A stretch of DNA of 64,000 bases from Aulosira sp. ZfuVER01 (GTDB lineage Bacteria > Cyanobacteriota > Cyanobacteriia > Cyanobacteriales > Nostocaceae), in contig JAVRCV020000001.1 in assembly GCA_034530615.2 (NCBI GenBank), forward strand, positions 20,156 through 84,155, read 5' to 3'. A program made the translations under genes and the position numbers. Each line of letters begins with the position of its first letter. Within the stretch, counting starts at the first letter, position 1. The notes beneath the pieces were generated by a model. That model did not search any database and had not been told where the DNA came from. It saw only the letters and a list, made by a program, of their open reading frames with translations. Shown one piece after another: positions 39,848 through 48,808 of this stretch.

Positions 39848-40063
39848 TTCTTTGTATTTAGGTAATTTGGATAGAATTTTCTACAGAAGCTCTTCTATTG
39901 CCATTATGATGCAGCCTATTTAAGTCAGGTACTTCCTTTAGATAGAAAATCACCACAATCTGACTTATTAATCCTGCTACTTTCCTGAACAATAGCAGTC
40001 TTCAATGCTTTGTAAAATCCTCTATTTCTTTCTTGGACTTTTCTTGGTGTCCTTGGCGTTTTG

Positions 40064-40148
40064 GTGAGTCCACTTGCCGTCTACAGCCCTTCGGGCATCC
40101 TTCGACGGGCGGTTCCCGTCACGATGGCAAAGTGGCGAACCCGAAGGG
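40064..40148. mobile_element. Structured small dispersed repeat (GTGAGTCC...AACCCGAAGGG) nested in a CTTGGCG...CGGTTCGT repeat
   Basis: ccacttgccgtc pairs with gatggcaaagtgg; inner gacggg/cccgtc and ccc-ttc-ggg hairpins; GC-rich in an AT-rich spacer. Confidence 0.6.
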
Positions 40149-40227
40149 CGGTTCGTCCTGGATTTGTCACACCAATATCCAACTTATGAGATGATTAACA
40201 TTTGTTAGTACACCATAAAAATTAATT

Positions 40228-40452
40228 ATGTGGCAGGTAAATATCCATTGTTCCGGAGAAGCTTGGAAAATCTATGGTGCTGAATTTAAAGCGTTGGCAG
40301 ATAAATATCAAGGTGCTTGCATTACTTCTAAAAAAATGCCCGATGGTAAACGAATTATGGTATACAAAATTGAGGATGTGAGCGATGCTGAAAACTTTGT
40401 GGAAGAATGCCAAAAATTTTCTGGTTTTACAGCAGACTTTGAATCTTTATAG
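40228..40452 (+). CDS. Small hypothetical protein
   Basis: 74-aa ATG ORF with globular-protein composition, co-oriented with cytochrome and AKR genes. Confidence 0.6.
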   Translation: MWQVNIHCSGEAWKIYGAEFKALADKYQGACITSKKMPDGKRIMVYKIEDVSDAENFVEECQKFSGFTADFESL

Positions 40453-40481
40453 AATTGAAGGTGTATATATTAGCGAGAAAT

Positions 40482-40820
40482 ATGTTGAAACCCATTATAA
40501 AATTGATATTAATTACTTTCTTGATACTGACAAGTATTCTGACACCAACTGCTATTGCAGCAGAGATAGATCATGGCGCTCAAATATTTGAGATTCATTG
40601 TGCTGGTTGTCATATCAACGGTGGTAATATTGTCAGACGAGGTAAGACTTTGAAGAAAAAAGCACTCAAGAAATATGGCATGGATTCTTTAGAAGCAATA
40701 TCATCCATTGTCACCAATGGTAAAAATAATATGTCACCTTACAAAGACCGCCTAACTACAGAGCAAATCCAAGATGTCTCTGCTTATGTTTTAGAACAAG
40801 CCCAAAAAGACTGGCGTTAA
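40482..40820 (+). CDS. petJ: Cytochrome c6-like protein (probably c6B/c6C type)
   Basis: Signal peptide, CAGCH haem motif, GKNNM axial Met, RL...QI.DV.AYV; Ile in place of the conserved c6 Gln. Confidence 0.85.
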   Translation: MLKPIIKLILITFLILTSILTPTAIAAEIDHGAQIFEIHCAGCHINGGNIVRRGKTLKKKALKKYGMDSLEAISSIVTNGKNNMSPYKDRLTTEQIQDVSAYVLEQAQKDWR

Positions 40821-40844
40821 ATAATTCATCATTCATCATTCAAA

Positions 40845-41864
40845 ATGGCACTACCCGCAGCAAGCTATCTACAATTTACCCCCGATTTAAACATTTGCCG
40901 AATCTTAAATGGAATGTGGCAAGTGTCTGGTGGACATGGACGCATCGATCCAAAAGCTGCTATTCAAACTATGTTCAAATATGTGGATGCAGGCTTTACT
41001 ACTTGGGATTTAGCAGACCATTATGGCCCCGCCGAAGACTTAATTGGTGAGTTCCGTCGTCAACTTATTGCAACTCGTGGTCAAGAAGCTGGATCTCATA
41101 TCCAAGCCTTCACCAAATGGGTGCCTCGTCCCGGTAAAATGACGAAAAAAATTGTCGAGGACAATATTAATATCTCCCTCAGAAGGATGGATGTGGAATC
41201 ATTAGATTTGATGCAATTTCACTGGTGGGAATACCGAGATCAAAACTACCTCGATGCCCTCAACTATATGGCAGAACTCCAAACTGAGGGCAAAATTAAG
41301 CATTTAGCTTTGACTAACTTTGATACTGAACATCTGCAAATTATTGTGGAAGCAGGTATCAAAATAGTGTCTAACCAAGTGCAATTTTCTTTGGTTGACC
41401 GTCGCCCAGAAGTGAATATGATTCAGTTCAGTCAACAGCACGACATCAAACTTTTTACTTATGGTACAGTTTGCGGTGGGTTGTTATCAGAAAAGTATGT
41501 AGGTAAACCAGAACCGCGAGGATTTGACCTGGCTACAGTTAGCTTGAAGAAATATAAGAATATGGTCGATGCTTGGGGTGGTTGGCAATTATTTCAAGAG
41601 TTGCTTTCTGCTCTCAAATCTATTGCCGATAAGCATGGAGTCAGCATCTCTAACGTGGCAGTACGTTATATCTTAGATAAGCCTGCTGTTGGGGGAGTAA
41701 TTGTCGGTGCAAGACTTGGCATCTCGGAACATTTAGAAGATAACGCGAAAGTATTTGATTTCGCTTTAGATGCTGAGGATTTAACTCAAATCGATGCAGT
41801 GTCTCAAAATGCACGAGATTTATATAAGTTAATTGGCGATTGCGGCGACGAATATAGGCGATAA
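40845..41864 (+). CDS. Aldo/keto reductase
   Basis: G.WQ, DLADHYG, TK, LDLMQFHW, GKIK.L.LTN, NQVQFS. Confidence 0.92.
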   Translation: MALPAASYLQFTPDLNICRILNGMWQVSGGHGRIDPKAAIQTMFKYVDAGFTTWDLADHYGPAEDLIGEFRRQLIATRGQEAGSHIQAFTKWVPRPGKMTKKIVEDNINISLRRMDVESLDLMQFHWWEYRDQNYLDALNYMAELQTEGKIKHLALTNFDTEHLQIIVEAGIKIVSNQVQFSLVDRRPEVNMIQFSQQHDIKLFTYGTVCGGLLSEKYVGKPEPRGFDLATVSLKKYKNMVDAWGGWQLFQELLSALKSIADKHGVSISNVAVRYILDKPAVGGVIVGARLGISEHLEDNAKVFDFALDAEDLTQIDAVSQNARDLYKLIGDCGDEYRR

Positions 41865-42006
41865 AAACCTCTATTCTTCTACCAAATTAGATAGCATACC
41901 TGAGGCGCGATCGCTTAAACATAGATGAGATGGTACGTTCTGCTGTGTATACTTCTGCCACAGGAAGCTCCTTGAATCTTGTGATTACAAAGGACAGATA
42001 AAATAG

Positions 42007-42043
42007 GCAGCTGTGGGTAAATTGCTTTTTTCCACAGACTGCC
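42007..42043. terminator. Hairpin between convergent AKR and dps
   Basis: ggcagctgtgg...ccacagactgcc. Confidence 0.5.
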
Positions 42044-42077
42044 ATTTGAACTTAGATATTATGCTTAAGCAGCTGGG

Positions 42078-42617
42078 CTACACACCTACAGGAGTTTGAG
42101 TATCAGCTGCTGATGGTTTACTGTTTGGATCTAATGCTTGTCCTTCAATAAACGATCGCAGCATCCACGCCATCTGCTCATGCTCTTCCATCAATCCAGT
42201 TAAAAAGTCAGCAGTTCCTTGGTCATGAAACTCTTCACCAGAGCGATCTACATGGTCTCTGAGATTACGAATTACCTGTTCGTGATCTTCTACTAGTTGA
42301 GCTACCATCCCTGTGGCTGTAGGAACTTGACCAGCTTTTTCTTTAATGGTGGCAATCTTTAAAAATCCCTCCATTGTACCAACAGGGTAACCACCCAAAG
42401 TGCGAACCCGTTCTGCTATGGCATCAATATTAACTGTCAGTTTTTCGTAGTGTTCTTCCCACAGTTGGTGCAGAGTACGGAATTGAGGGCCAACAATGTC
42501 CCAGTGATACTTTTTAGTTCTGACTAACAGTACATAAGAATCTGCTAAGTCTTGATTTAACAGATTAATTACACCTTGGCGCTGTTGTTCTGTTAACCCT
42601 ATGTTGATTTTAGGCAT
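42078..42617 (-). CDS. dps: Dps family DNA starvation/stationary phase protection protein
   Basis: YHWDIVGPQF..LH.LWEE.Y...D.IAER...LG, HEQMAWML. Confidence 0.95.
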   Translation of the reverse strand: MPKINIGLTEQQRQGVINLLNQDLADSYVLLVRTKKYHWDIVGPQFRTLHQLWEEHYEKLTVNIDAIAERVRTLGGYPVGTMEGFLKIATIKEKAGQVPTATGMVAQLVEDHEQVIRNLRDHVDRSGEEFHDQGTADFLTGLMEEHEQMAWMLRSFIEGQALDPNSKPSAADTQTPVGV

Positions 42618-42677
42618 TGCTTTCTCTCTCTTAGCGAACTTATTTACTAAGTTCCCAAATTCAATCCTAAAATTACA

Positions 42678-42693
42678 TCAGTCTACAGAATGA
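42678..42693. promoter_or_regulatory. Candidate 7-2-7 operator upstream of dps
   Basis: TCAGTCT-AC-AGAATGA; nearly identical to TCAATCT-GG-AGAATGA at 43690. Confidence 0.45.
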
Positions 42694-43057
42694 TAATAAA
42701 ATATTTTAATTTTGCCGTTAATATTTTAATTATATGCTAATGGATAGATGAGTAATTTTCATAATTGATATCTAATTTTTAGATACAAAAATAAATCAGG
42801 CTAATTTTTAATAAAAAATTTTTTCTGTCAAACTAATCTAATAGTAAGAGACATCTTGAATATTCTCATTAATCAAGACGCCTCTACTAAAAGCTAGAAC
42901 AACCTATTGTGATAAATAACCAGACAGAAAATTAGATTTTTAATCAGGGTTACATCACAATATTGGCTAAAGATACTAGGTGCTGGAAATTGCAGTTCAT
43001 CTTAATACCCATAATATCAATTAACTGCGGTTTCCCAGAGATTACTATAAACGCAAC

Positions 43058-43423
43058 CTATTTCTTACCTGTAACTTTTTCCAAGAAATTTTCTACTTTG
43101 TCTTCTACTGAAGTTGCACTTTGTGAATTGGAAGGACGCTTCATCTTGTCGATATCTGCATCTCCCTGAACTTCATTTAGCCCCTCATTTGATTTTTTCT
43201 GAACCTCTTCCAATCCTGGGGGTGCGGATCTCTCTACTTCGTCAGTTTTGCGCTGAATGTCCAGAAGTTGTGTAGTGGCTTCTTCAGGATTGCTCCGATA
43301 GCTATCAATTGCAAAAGCAGGAAACGCATTAGATAGCAATAACAATGCACAGGTAAAACCGACAACTAGAAGACGTACAGGACGTAAGATAGATGAAACC
43401 AAAGCAATAATTTTCATTTTCAT
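43058..43423 (-). CDS. Secreted hydrophilic stress protein (low-temperature-induced-like)
   Basis: Signal peptide ending PAFA, GLNEVQG.AD.DKM.RP motif recalled from cyanobacterial stress proteins. Confidence 0.65.
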   Translation of the reverse strand: MKMKIIALVSSILRPVRLLVVGFTCALLLLSNAFPAFAIDSYRSNPEEATTQLLDIQRKTDEVERSAPPGLEEVQKKSNEGLNEVQGDADIDKMKRPSNSQSATSVEDKVENFLEKVTGKK

Positions 43424-43689
43424 TCCTCAATAACAGCGTCAAAAACGCAGAACTTGTACTTCAGTAGAGAGGCCTTTACCCTAAGTAGGTTAGTTAACAA
43501 GACTAATTGTTAAGGTATACCTCTTGAAGCAATATGTTTATAAACCTAGTGAAGAAATAGACTTTTTTAGTTAAGCTGAATAATAAACTAATAAATAATT
43601 ATTATTCAACAGATACATAAAATTTTTCAAGTCGTAAATTCTTCAGAGGTTCGATAATTTATTTTTATCCTGATTTTTTAAGGTTTGCA

Positions 43690-43750
43690 TCAATCTGGAG
43701 AATGAAATTAATTTCACATAGATTTGCAATAAAATCACTCTCTAGGCAGA
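43690..43750. promoter_or_regulatory. Two candidate 7-2-7 operator sites
   Basis: TCAATCTGGAGAATGA (43690-43705) and TCACTCTCTAGGCAGA (43735-43750). Confidence 0.4.
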
Positions 43751-43878
43751 GCTAGCTAATATAGTTTATGCAGGTGAATTGTTTCACTATTTATATAAAT
43801 TTGGTTAATTAATAATTAGCATGATTTATATTCTAATTATTAATAAACTGGCTAGCAACGATTTGGCGATCGCCCTGT

Positions 43879-45129
43879 TTACTGGCGGAACTCGGCTACT
43901 ACTTCAATCAAACCAACAATATTGCGATTAAATTCAGCTAAATCTTGTGCAGGTATCCAATATTCCTGGTGGATGGAAGCACCTACAGTTTTGATTGAGT
44001 AGCGACTTAAGAAATCTGCACTTACTTGAAAGCGCGTTACATAGCCGATATATCCTGTATCAGCATTGGCTGCATTCCAATCGCGGGCAATTTGTGTGGC
44101 GTATTCTTCGTTAAGTACTGGGTAAAAAATAGGCTGTTCTGGGAGTCGGGGCGGAAACTCGCGATAACCACTTTGTTTAATTAAAGCCAGTTCTTTAGGG
44201 CCAGTGGGACGGAAAAGGGTTATTGTTTCCGCTTCCCAGTTAGGCAAAGGTTCCCGTGCTTTTACCCAATCTGTGGGAATACCTTCCACACCTGTAGACA
44301 TGGCCACAATCCCACCAGCGATCGCACAAGTAGTATCTCTATCCCCCAAACCACTCACAGTTAACCAAAGTGCTTCTTCGTAGTTATTTAGGTGTTGAGC
44401 AGCACACCACAAAGCAAAGGGAACTGTATCTTGGGCTGAGACTTGAGTACCATTTCCAAGTACTGTAACGGCTGAATGTACTGGTGTATTCGCTGGCAAA
44501 TCACGAGCCAAGTGAATTTTTGAACTCACCTCACTCTCTGGAATATAAGGCAAAACCAGGTTGAGAAACTCTTGCTGAGTAGGTAAAGAGTCTTGTAATC
44601 TCCAAGCCAAAGCAGCCGCTACAGCTACAGCAATCGCCCCCGCGATCGCTTCTGGATGGGTGTGAGTAATTTCCGCACTCTTCACCGCTTGAGTCACAAC
44701 CAAATCTAAATCTTCTGCAAAAAACGCTCCTACAGGTGCAACTCGCATCGCCGCACCATTACCATAGGAACCTTGTCCGTTAAATAGAGTAACTACCTCT
44801 TGTTGCCAAGGTTTGCCATCCCGTATCCGTGCCAACAGTTTGCTGGTTGCTGCACCATAACCGCGATCGCTATCGTATTGTTTGGCAAAGCTTTCTGCTA
44901 GTCTATCTTGATTAATTTCCCCGTATTCTCGCAGAATAGACACGATTGAGATTGCCATTTGGGTATCGTCAGTATATGGCCAAGGCAATGCTGGGATAGC
45001 ACGGGCAGATACTAAACTGTCTACTACATCTGGATGGAGAAAAAATCGCTCTCCAAAAGCATCTCCCACTGATAAACCCTCAAGAGAACATTGAGCGCGG
45101 TGCAGTCGAGCATCTTTGGTGTTGGTCAT
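43879..45129 (-). CDS. ADP-ribosylglycohydrolase (DraG/ARH) fused to a ~115-aa C-terminal domain
   Basis: GDAFG, YTDDT, RGYG, SYGNGAAMR, THTH and GDRDT motifs; extra domain begins TLFRPTG. Confidence 0.92.
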   Translation of the reverse strand: MTNTKDARLHRAQCSLEGLSVGDAFGERFFLHPDVVDSLVSARAIPALPWPYTDDTQMAISIVSILREYGEINQDRLAESFAKQYDSDRGYGAATSKLLARIRDGKPWQQEVVTLFNGQGSYGNGAAMRVAPVGAFFAEDLDLVVTQAVKSAEITHTHPEAIAGAIAVAVAAALAWRLQDSLPTQQEFLNLVLPYIPESEVSSKIHLARDLPANTPVHSAVTVLGNGTQVSAQDTVPFALWCAAQHLNNYEEALWLTVSGLGDRDTTCAIAGGIVAMSTGVEGIPTDWVKAREPLPNWEAETITLFRPTGPKELALIKQSGYREFPPRLPEQPIFYPVLNEEYATQIARDWNAANADTGYIGYVTRFQVSADFLSRYSIKTVGASIHQEYWIPAQDLAEFNRNIVGLIEVVAEFRQ

Positions 45130-45139
45130 ATTGGCTTAT

Positions 45140-45613
45140 TTACTTCAAAAATCGTATAGTCAACGGATAGTGATATGGCTTCCCTATATAAGTCGTGATT
45201 GCAGCAGATATACTACAGATAATCTGCAACATTACTAGTAAAATCGCAGGCAAACTAAACATATCTAAATAATTAGAAACCCTGCGATTCAAGTCCCTAT
45301 TTCCCGCTATGAACTCACCCAAGTTACTACCACAATCCGTTGCCATAAATAAAACAATAATCAGCCAAATAATAATATATATTGTTGTGGATATTTGAAA
45401 ATTTATAGAATTTTTAGCGTTAATGTCAATTAATGGATGTTGTTCTTTCTTTTTTTTCCAAATAATTAAGGGGAGAAAAATATTCAAAAAAGGAATAAAT
45501 AAAACTTTATTCAATAATGCCGAGAATAAAAAGTTGAGTGGTAGCCAGAAGATAGCCGCTAGATGACATAAAATAACCCAAATTCTTATCTTTTGCTCAT
45601 ATTTTTTAGTCAT
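45140..45613 (-). CDS. DUF4870 membrane protein
   Basis: W..LCHL...PLIIW...K.SINFQIS...G.PY.YPLTIRFLK. Confidence 0.85.
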   Translation of the reverse strand: MTKKYEQKIRIWVILCHLAAIFWLPLNFLFSALLNKVLFIPFLNIFLPLIIWKKKKEQHPLIDINAKNSINFQISTTIYIIIWLIIVLFMATDCGSNLGEFIAGNRDLNRRVSNYLDMFSLPAILLVMLQIICSISAAITTYIGKPYHYPLTIRFLK

Positions 45614-45636
45614 TAATTAATTGTTATCTAAATAAA

Positions 45637-46104
45637 TTACGTTAAAAATCTAATTGTCCAGGGATAACGATAATGTTCGCCTTTGTAAGCTTTGAATGCC
45701 GCAAAATTAACTAAAAATAATTGCAAGACTATCATTGATGAAGTCAATAATAGCCAAACCAATAATAAAGTATCTAAAAGTGTCTTGACTTCTCCTCCTG
45801 TGCTATTAGTGGTGAGAGCAATACCACAGATTGTTAGCATCAACAACAAGGATACAATTATAACAATGAGAATATAGAGAGTCAGGGATATTTGAAAATT
45901 TAACGATTCTTTACCTTGGAAATCGACCCAAGGAGATTTGGCTTTATTTAATCGCCAAATTATTAACGGTAGTAAAATATTTAGCGGTAAATATAAAGGA
46001 ATTCCAACAAATACTAACAAAAACAATAGCATCCAAGCTAATAAAGCCGAGAGATGGCAAAACATCGCCCAGATACGCATTTGTTGCTTTGGTTTTTCTC
46101 TCAT
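45637..46104 (-). CDS. DUF4870 membrane protein (tandem paralog)
   Basis: WAMFCHLS...PLIIW...GKESLNFQIS...GE.YRYP.TIRF. Confidence 0.88.
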   Translation of the reverse strand: MREKPKQQMRIWAMFCHLSALLAWMLLFLLVFVGIPLYLPLNILLPLIIWRLNKAKSPWVDFQGKESLNFQISLTLYILIVIIVSLLLMLTICGIALTTNSTGGEVKTLLDTLLLVWLLLTSSMIVLQLFLVNFAAFKAYKGEHYRYPWTIRFLT

Positions 46105-46178
46105 GGCTTTTTATTTATAGGTGGATTGAGGAAATAATTCCCCATCCTAAGTATCTATAAAAAAAGCTCAACTAAAGT

Positions 46179-47342
46179 TTAAAATTTGAGGATTTCGCGG
46201 TCATAATTTTCTGGTAAGGGTTCTATTTCCCAAACTATACCTTCACCAGGTTCTAAGGCAACTTCTACGAAAAGTTGTTCTACAGCATTTGTGGCGATAT
46301 CTTCGTTGTTAGGGAAAGGTTGTAAATCTTCAGTGAGTAGTCGCAGTTTGAAACCACCAGGTATGGCCGCACCTACTGTGGCGTTACGTAATTCAAATCG
46401 CCAGATAGGTGCATCTGGTTCACCTTGAGATATGACTAAAAGTTCGTATATTTGACCAGCGATCGCCAGTTGACGAGAAAGAATAGAATCTGGTTGTGTT
46501 TCTTCTACACCTTTACCACCAACAAAACTCAATTGCAAATTCAAGCGTCCCCAACCAAGAGTTTCTGCTGCTTGAGAAACACCGCTTTGCAACCATTGCA
46601 GCACTGACCATTGTTCTGGTAATCCCAAACGTTGTTGATATAAGCTTTGTCGCCAACCCCCATGTTCAATTAACCCACCCCAAAGTTGAAAAGGGATAGC
46701 TAATCGGGGTGTCAGCACTTCCGACTTTCCCAGGCGAGCAATTAGGTTTTGGGCTTGTTGCTGTGGTAGGCTGGGCAGAGGTGCAATAGCGCTGCGTGTG
46801 GTTGCTTGCGGGCAAAGTTCTTGAGTTACAGCTAACACACTCATATCATTGATAATTTCAGTCGCGTCTAGAGAATAAGTGCGATCGCCTGCATCATAAT
46901 TACCTTGATTCTTAAGCTGTTCATGGGTACAGTAACCCCAAACCCTAACGTAGCCTTCATCTGGTTCTACTTGCACAGCTACATAATAATCACCAGCCCA
47001 ACTCGGTAAATCCACCCATTCTTGCGGAACTCGTAATTCACTTAAATCAATAGTTTCACTGGGAACCAAAATAAATCGCGTTGCGTCTACTGAAACTGCG
47101 GTTCCATTTACCAGTTCCCAAAAACTAGGTAAAGCAGTGGTAGTTGGCCAGACCTTTGCCTGTGATGTAAAATCCTCTTGCAACCAAGGCAAGACAGCAC
47201 TCAGGCAAAGTTCATTAATATAACCTTGATAGCGAGAAGTGGGGTTAGAAAAAGATGGACTCTGGAGATCCGCCTGATTCTGGGCGTTAACTGGGATTTC
47301 TAAAATTAAATCAGTAGAGTTGGCAAAAGTAAATGTAGTCAT
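46179..47342 (-). CDS. DUF1822 family protein (PatU3-like)
   Basis: WELVNGT, L.VPQEWVD.P.W.GDYY.AVQ, VWGY.TH; ATG 47342 after GGAGG (ORF track extends through repeats to 47669). Confidence 0.88.
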   Translation of the reverse strand: MTTFTFANSTDLILEIPVNAQNQADLQSPSFSNPTSRYQGYINELCLSAVLPWLQEDFTSQAKVWPTTTALPSFWELVNGTAVSVDATRFILVPSETIDLSELRVPQEWVDLPSWAGDYYVAVQVEPDEGYVRVWGYCTHEQLKNQGNYDAGDRTYSLDATEIINDMSVLAVTQELCPQATTRSAIAPLPSLPQQQAQNLIARLGKSEVLTPRLAIPFQLWGGLIEHGGWRQSLYQQRLGLPEQWSVLQWLQSGVSQAAETLGWGRLNLQLSFVGGKGVEETQPDSILSRQLAIAGQIYELLVISQGEPDAPIWRFELRNATVGAAIPGGFKLRLLTEDLQPFPNNEDIATNAVEQLFVEVALEPGEGIVWEIEPLPENYDREILKF

Positions 47343-47369
47343 GGCGGTTCCTCCGGGATAGTTTTTGGC

Positions 47370-47560
47370 TGGGTAGGGCATTGGGTATGGGGCAAACAAG
47401 GAGTGTGGGAAGTGTGGGAGGATGGGGAAGACGGGGGAGCTAATAAAGAAAGTGTGGTTCGTTTCTCCCCTCTCTCCTCTCTCTCCCCACACTTCCCTCC
47501 CTATCTCATCTCTCTTGTCCCCCTTGTCTCCCTTATCCCCCTTCCCTTCCAACCCCCACA
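47370..47560. repeat. Heptamer and inverted 9-bp repeats in the sigma-DUF1822 spacer
   Basis: gggcattgggtatggggca; gtgtggggaagtgtgggag ... ctccccacacttccc; ttgtcccccttgtctcccttatcccc. Confidence 0.7.
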
Positions 47561-48736
47561 TTATTGAGGAGATACACCGTAGTAACTTTGCAACCACTCC
47601 TCCATTACTGTACTCATACTTTTGAGTAGGTCTGGAGTGATGGAAATATGCAGGGTGTCTCGACTCCAATTAGCCAAAGATTTCAGCAAATTTTCCCTGG
47701 CTTTTGTTAGTCGCCGTGATACAGTATACTGCTTGATTTCTAGCTGTTTGGCGATTTTATCCTGATTTAGTCCTTGAGCGTAGTACAGTTGTACAATCTG
47801 TTGTACCTCTGGTTCTAATTGGGCGATCGCAGCAACTAAAACCTGGTTAATTTCTGTTTGTTGAGAAGTCCTGGTTTGTTCTTCTTCTTGAGCAATAATT
47901 TCTTGAATTAAGGATGGTTGTTGATTATCTGGCAAATTATCTAGTAATTCCCAGGAATTATCTCCACCTTGTGTGATATTGAGAGATTCGGGAGTGGGAT
48001 AAAGATATTTGCGCGTGGCTTTCGCAGTAGCTAACAACCACTTCTCAAGAGTTTGGATGCCTACCTGTTGGTGACTTTGAGAATTATAAGCTTTGGCGAT
48101 CGCTTCCCATATTTGGTCGTCTGGTCGAGAAAGCTTGCGCGAAGTCCCGGCGGTGGTGGGAACATAAAAAGTTTTAAAACAGTTCCAAGCGAGGATATAA
48201 GCATGAATATCTTCTGGAGATAAACCAGCATTTTGCAAAGCTTCTTGCAATCGCTTTTGCGAGACTTTACGTAACAGTCCCCAATCTGTACAGATATCAA
48301 CTTCATGACGCTGGCGCAAAGTTTCGCGGATTGCACTGGCAAAGATGGGGCCGGCGTAGTTTTTCAAGGTATGACCTTGACTAGGGTTAAAACCTTTGAG
48401 GACGCGATCGATCTGCGCGATCGCCACCTGAAAACAATCAGATAATTGGTACTGAGTACTGGCGAAACCATTCACGGTTTTTTGGGACACCCAATAGCAG
48501 GCTTCTTGCAAGTAAGCAGTTAGATGTTGCTTCGCCAAAGATTGAGATTCGGGAATTTGCCAAAACTTATACCAATAAAGCGACCAAAAGAACTCAGAAG
48601 TTTCTTGCGGTGTGCGTTTGACACAACCTTGCATACTACTACGCAATCTTGATTCTGTCGCCCAATGACTGAAGCGATCGGCATCGAATTGCACAAAAGT
48701 TGAAAAAATTTCAATGATGCTTTGCCGAGGGTGCAT
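47561..48736 (-). CDS. Sigma-70-like (HetZ-related) regulator
   Basis: HL.AYLQE.CYW, region-2-like DCFQ..I...LKGFNP...LKNYA, C-terminal HTH LNQDKIAKQLEIKQYTVSRRL; adjacent to DUF1822. Confidence 0.85.
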   Translation of the reverse strand: MHPRQSIIEIFSTFVQFDADRFSHWATESRLRSSMQGCVKRTPQETSEFFWSLYWYKFWQIPESQSLAKQHLTAYLQEACYWVSQKTVNGFASTQYQLSDCFQVAIAQIDRVLKGFNPSQGHTLKNYAGPIFASAIRETLRQRHEVDICTDWGLLRKVSQKRLQEALQNAGLSPEDIHAYILAWNCFKTFYVPTTAGTSRKLSRPDDQIWEAIAKAYNSQSHQQVGIQTLEKWLLATAKATRKYLYPTPESLNITQGGDNSWELLDNLPDNQQPSLIQEIIAQEEEQTRTSQQTEINQVLVAAIAQLEPEVQQIVQLYYAQGLNQDKIAKQLEIKQYTVSRRLTKARENLLKSLANWSRDTLHISITPDLLKSMSTVMEEWLQSYYGVSPQ

Positions 48737-48808
48737 AAAAAACTCGAAGCCTACCTAGATAAGTAGTGAAGGCGTTTAAGAGTGCCTCCACAAACTTTAC
48801 TACACCAA

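Noticed and set aside
47343..47669. N-terminal extension of the DUF1822 ORF in the ORF track
   Set aside because: It is translation of 7- and 9-bp intergenic repeats and overlaps the sigma gene; a GGAGG RBS precedes ATG 47342
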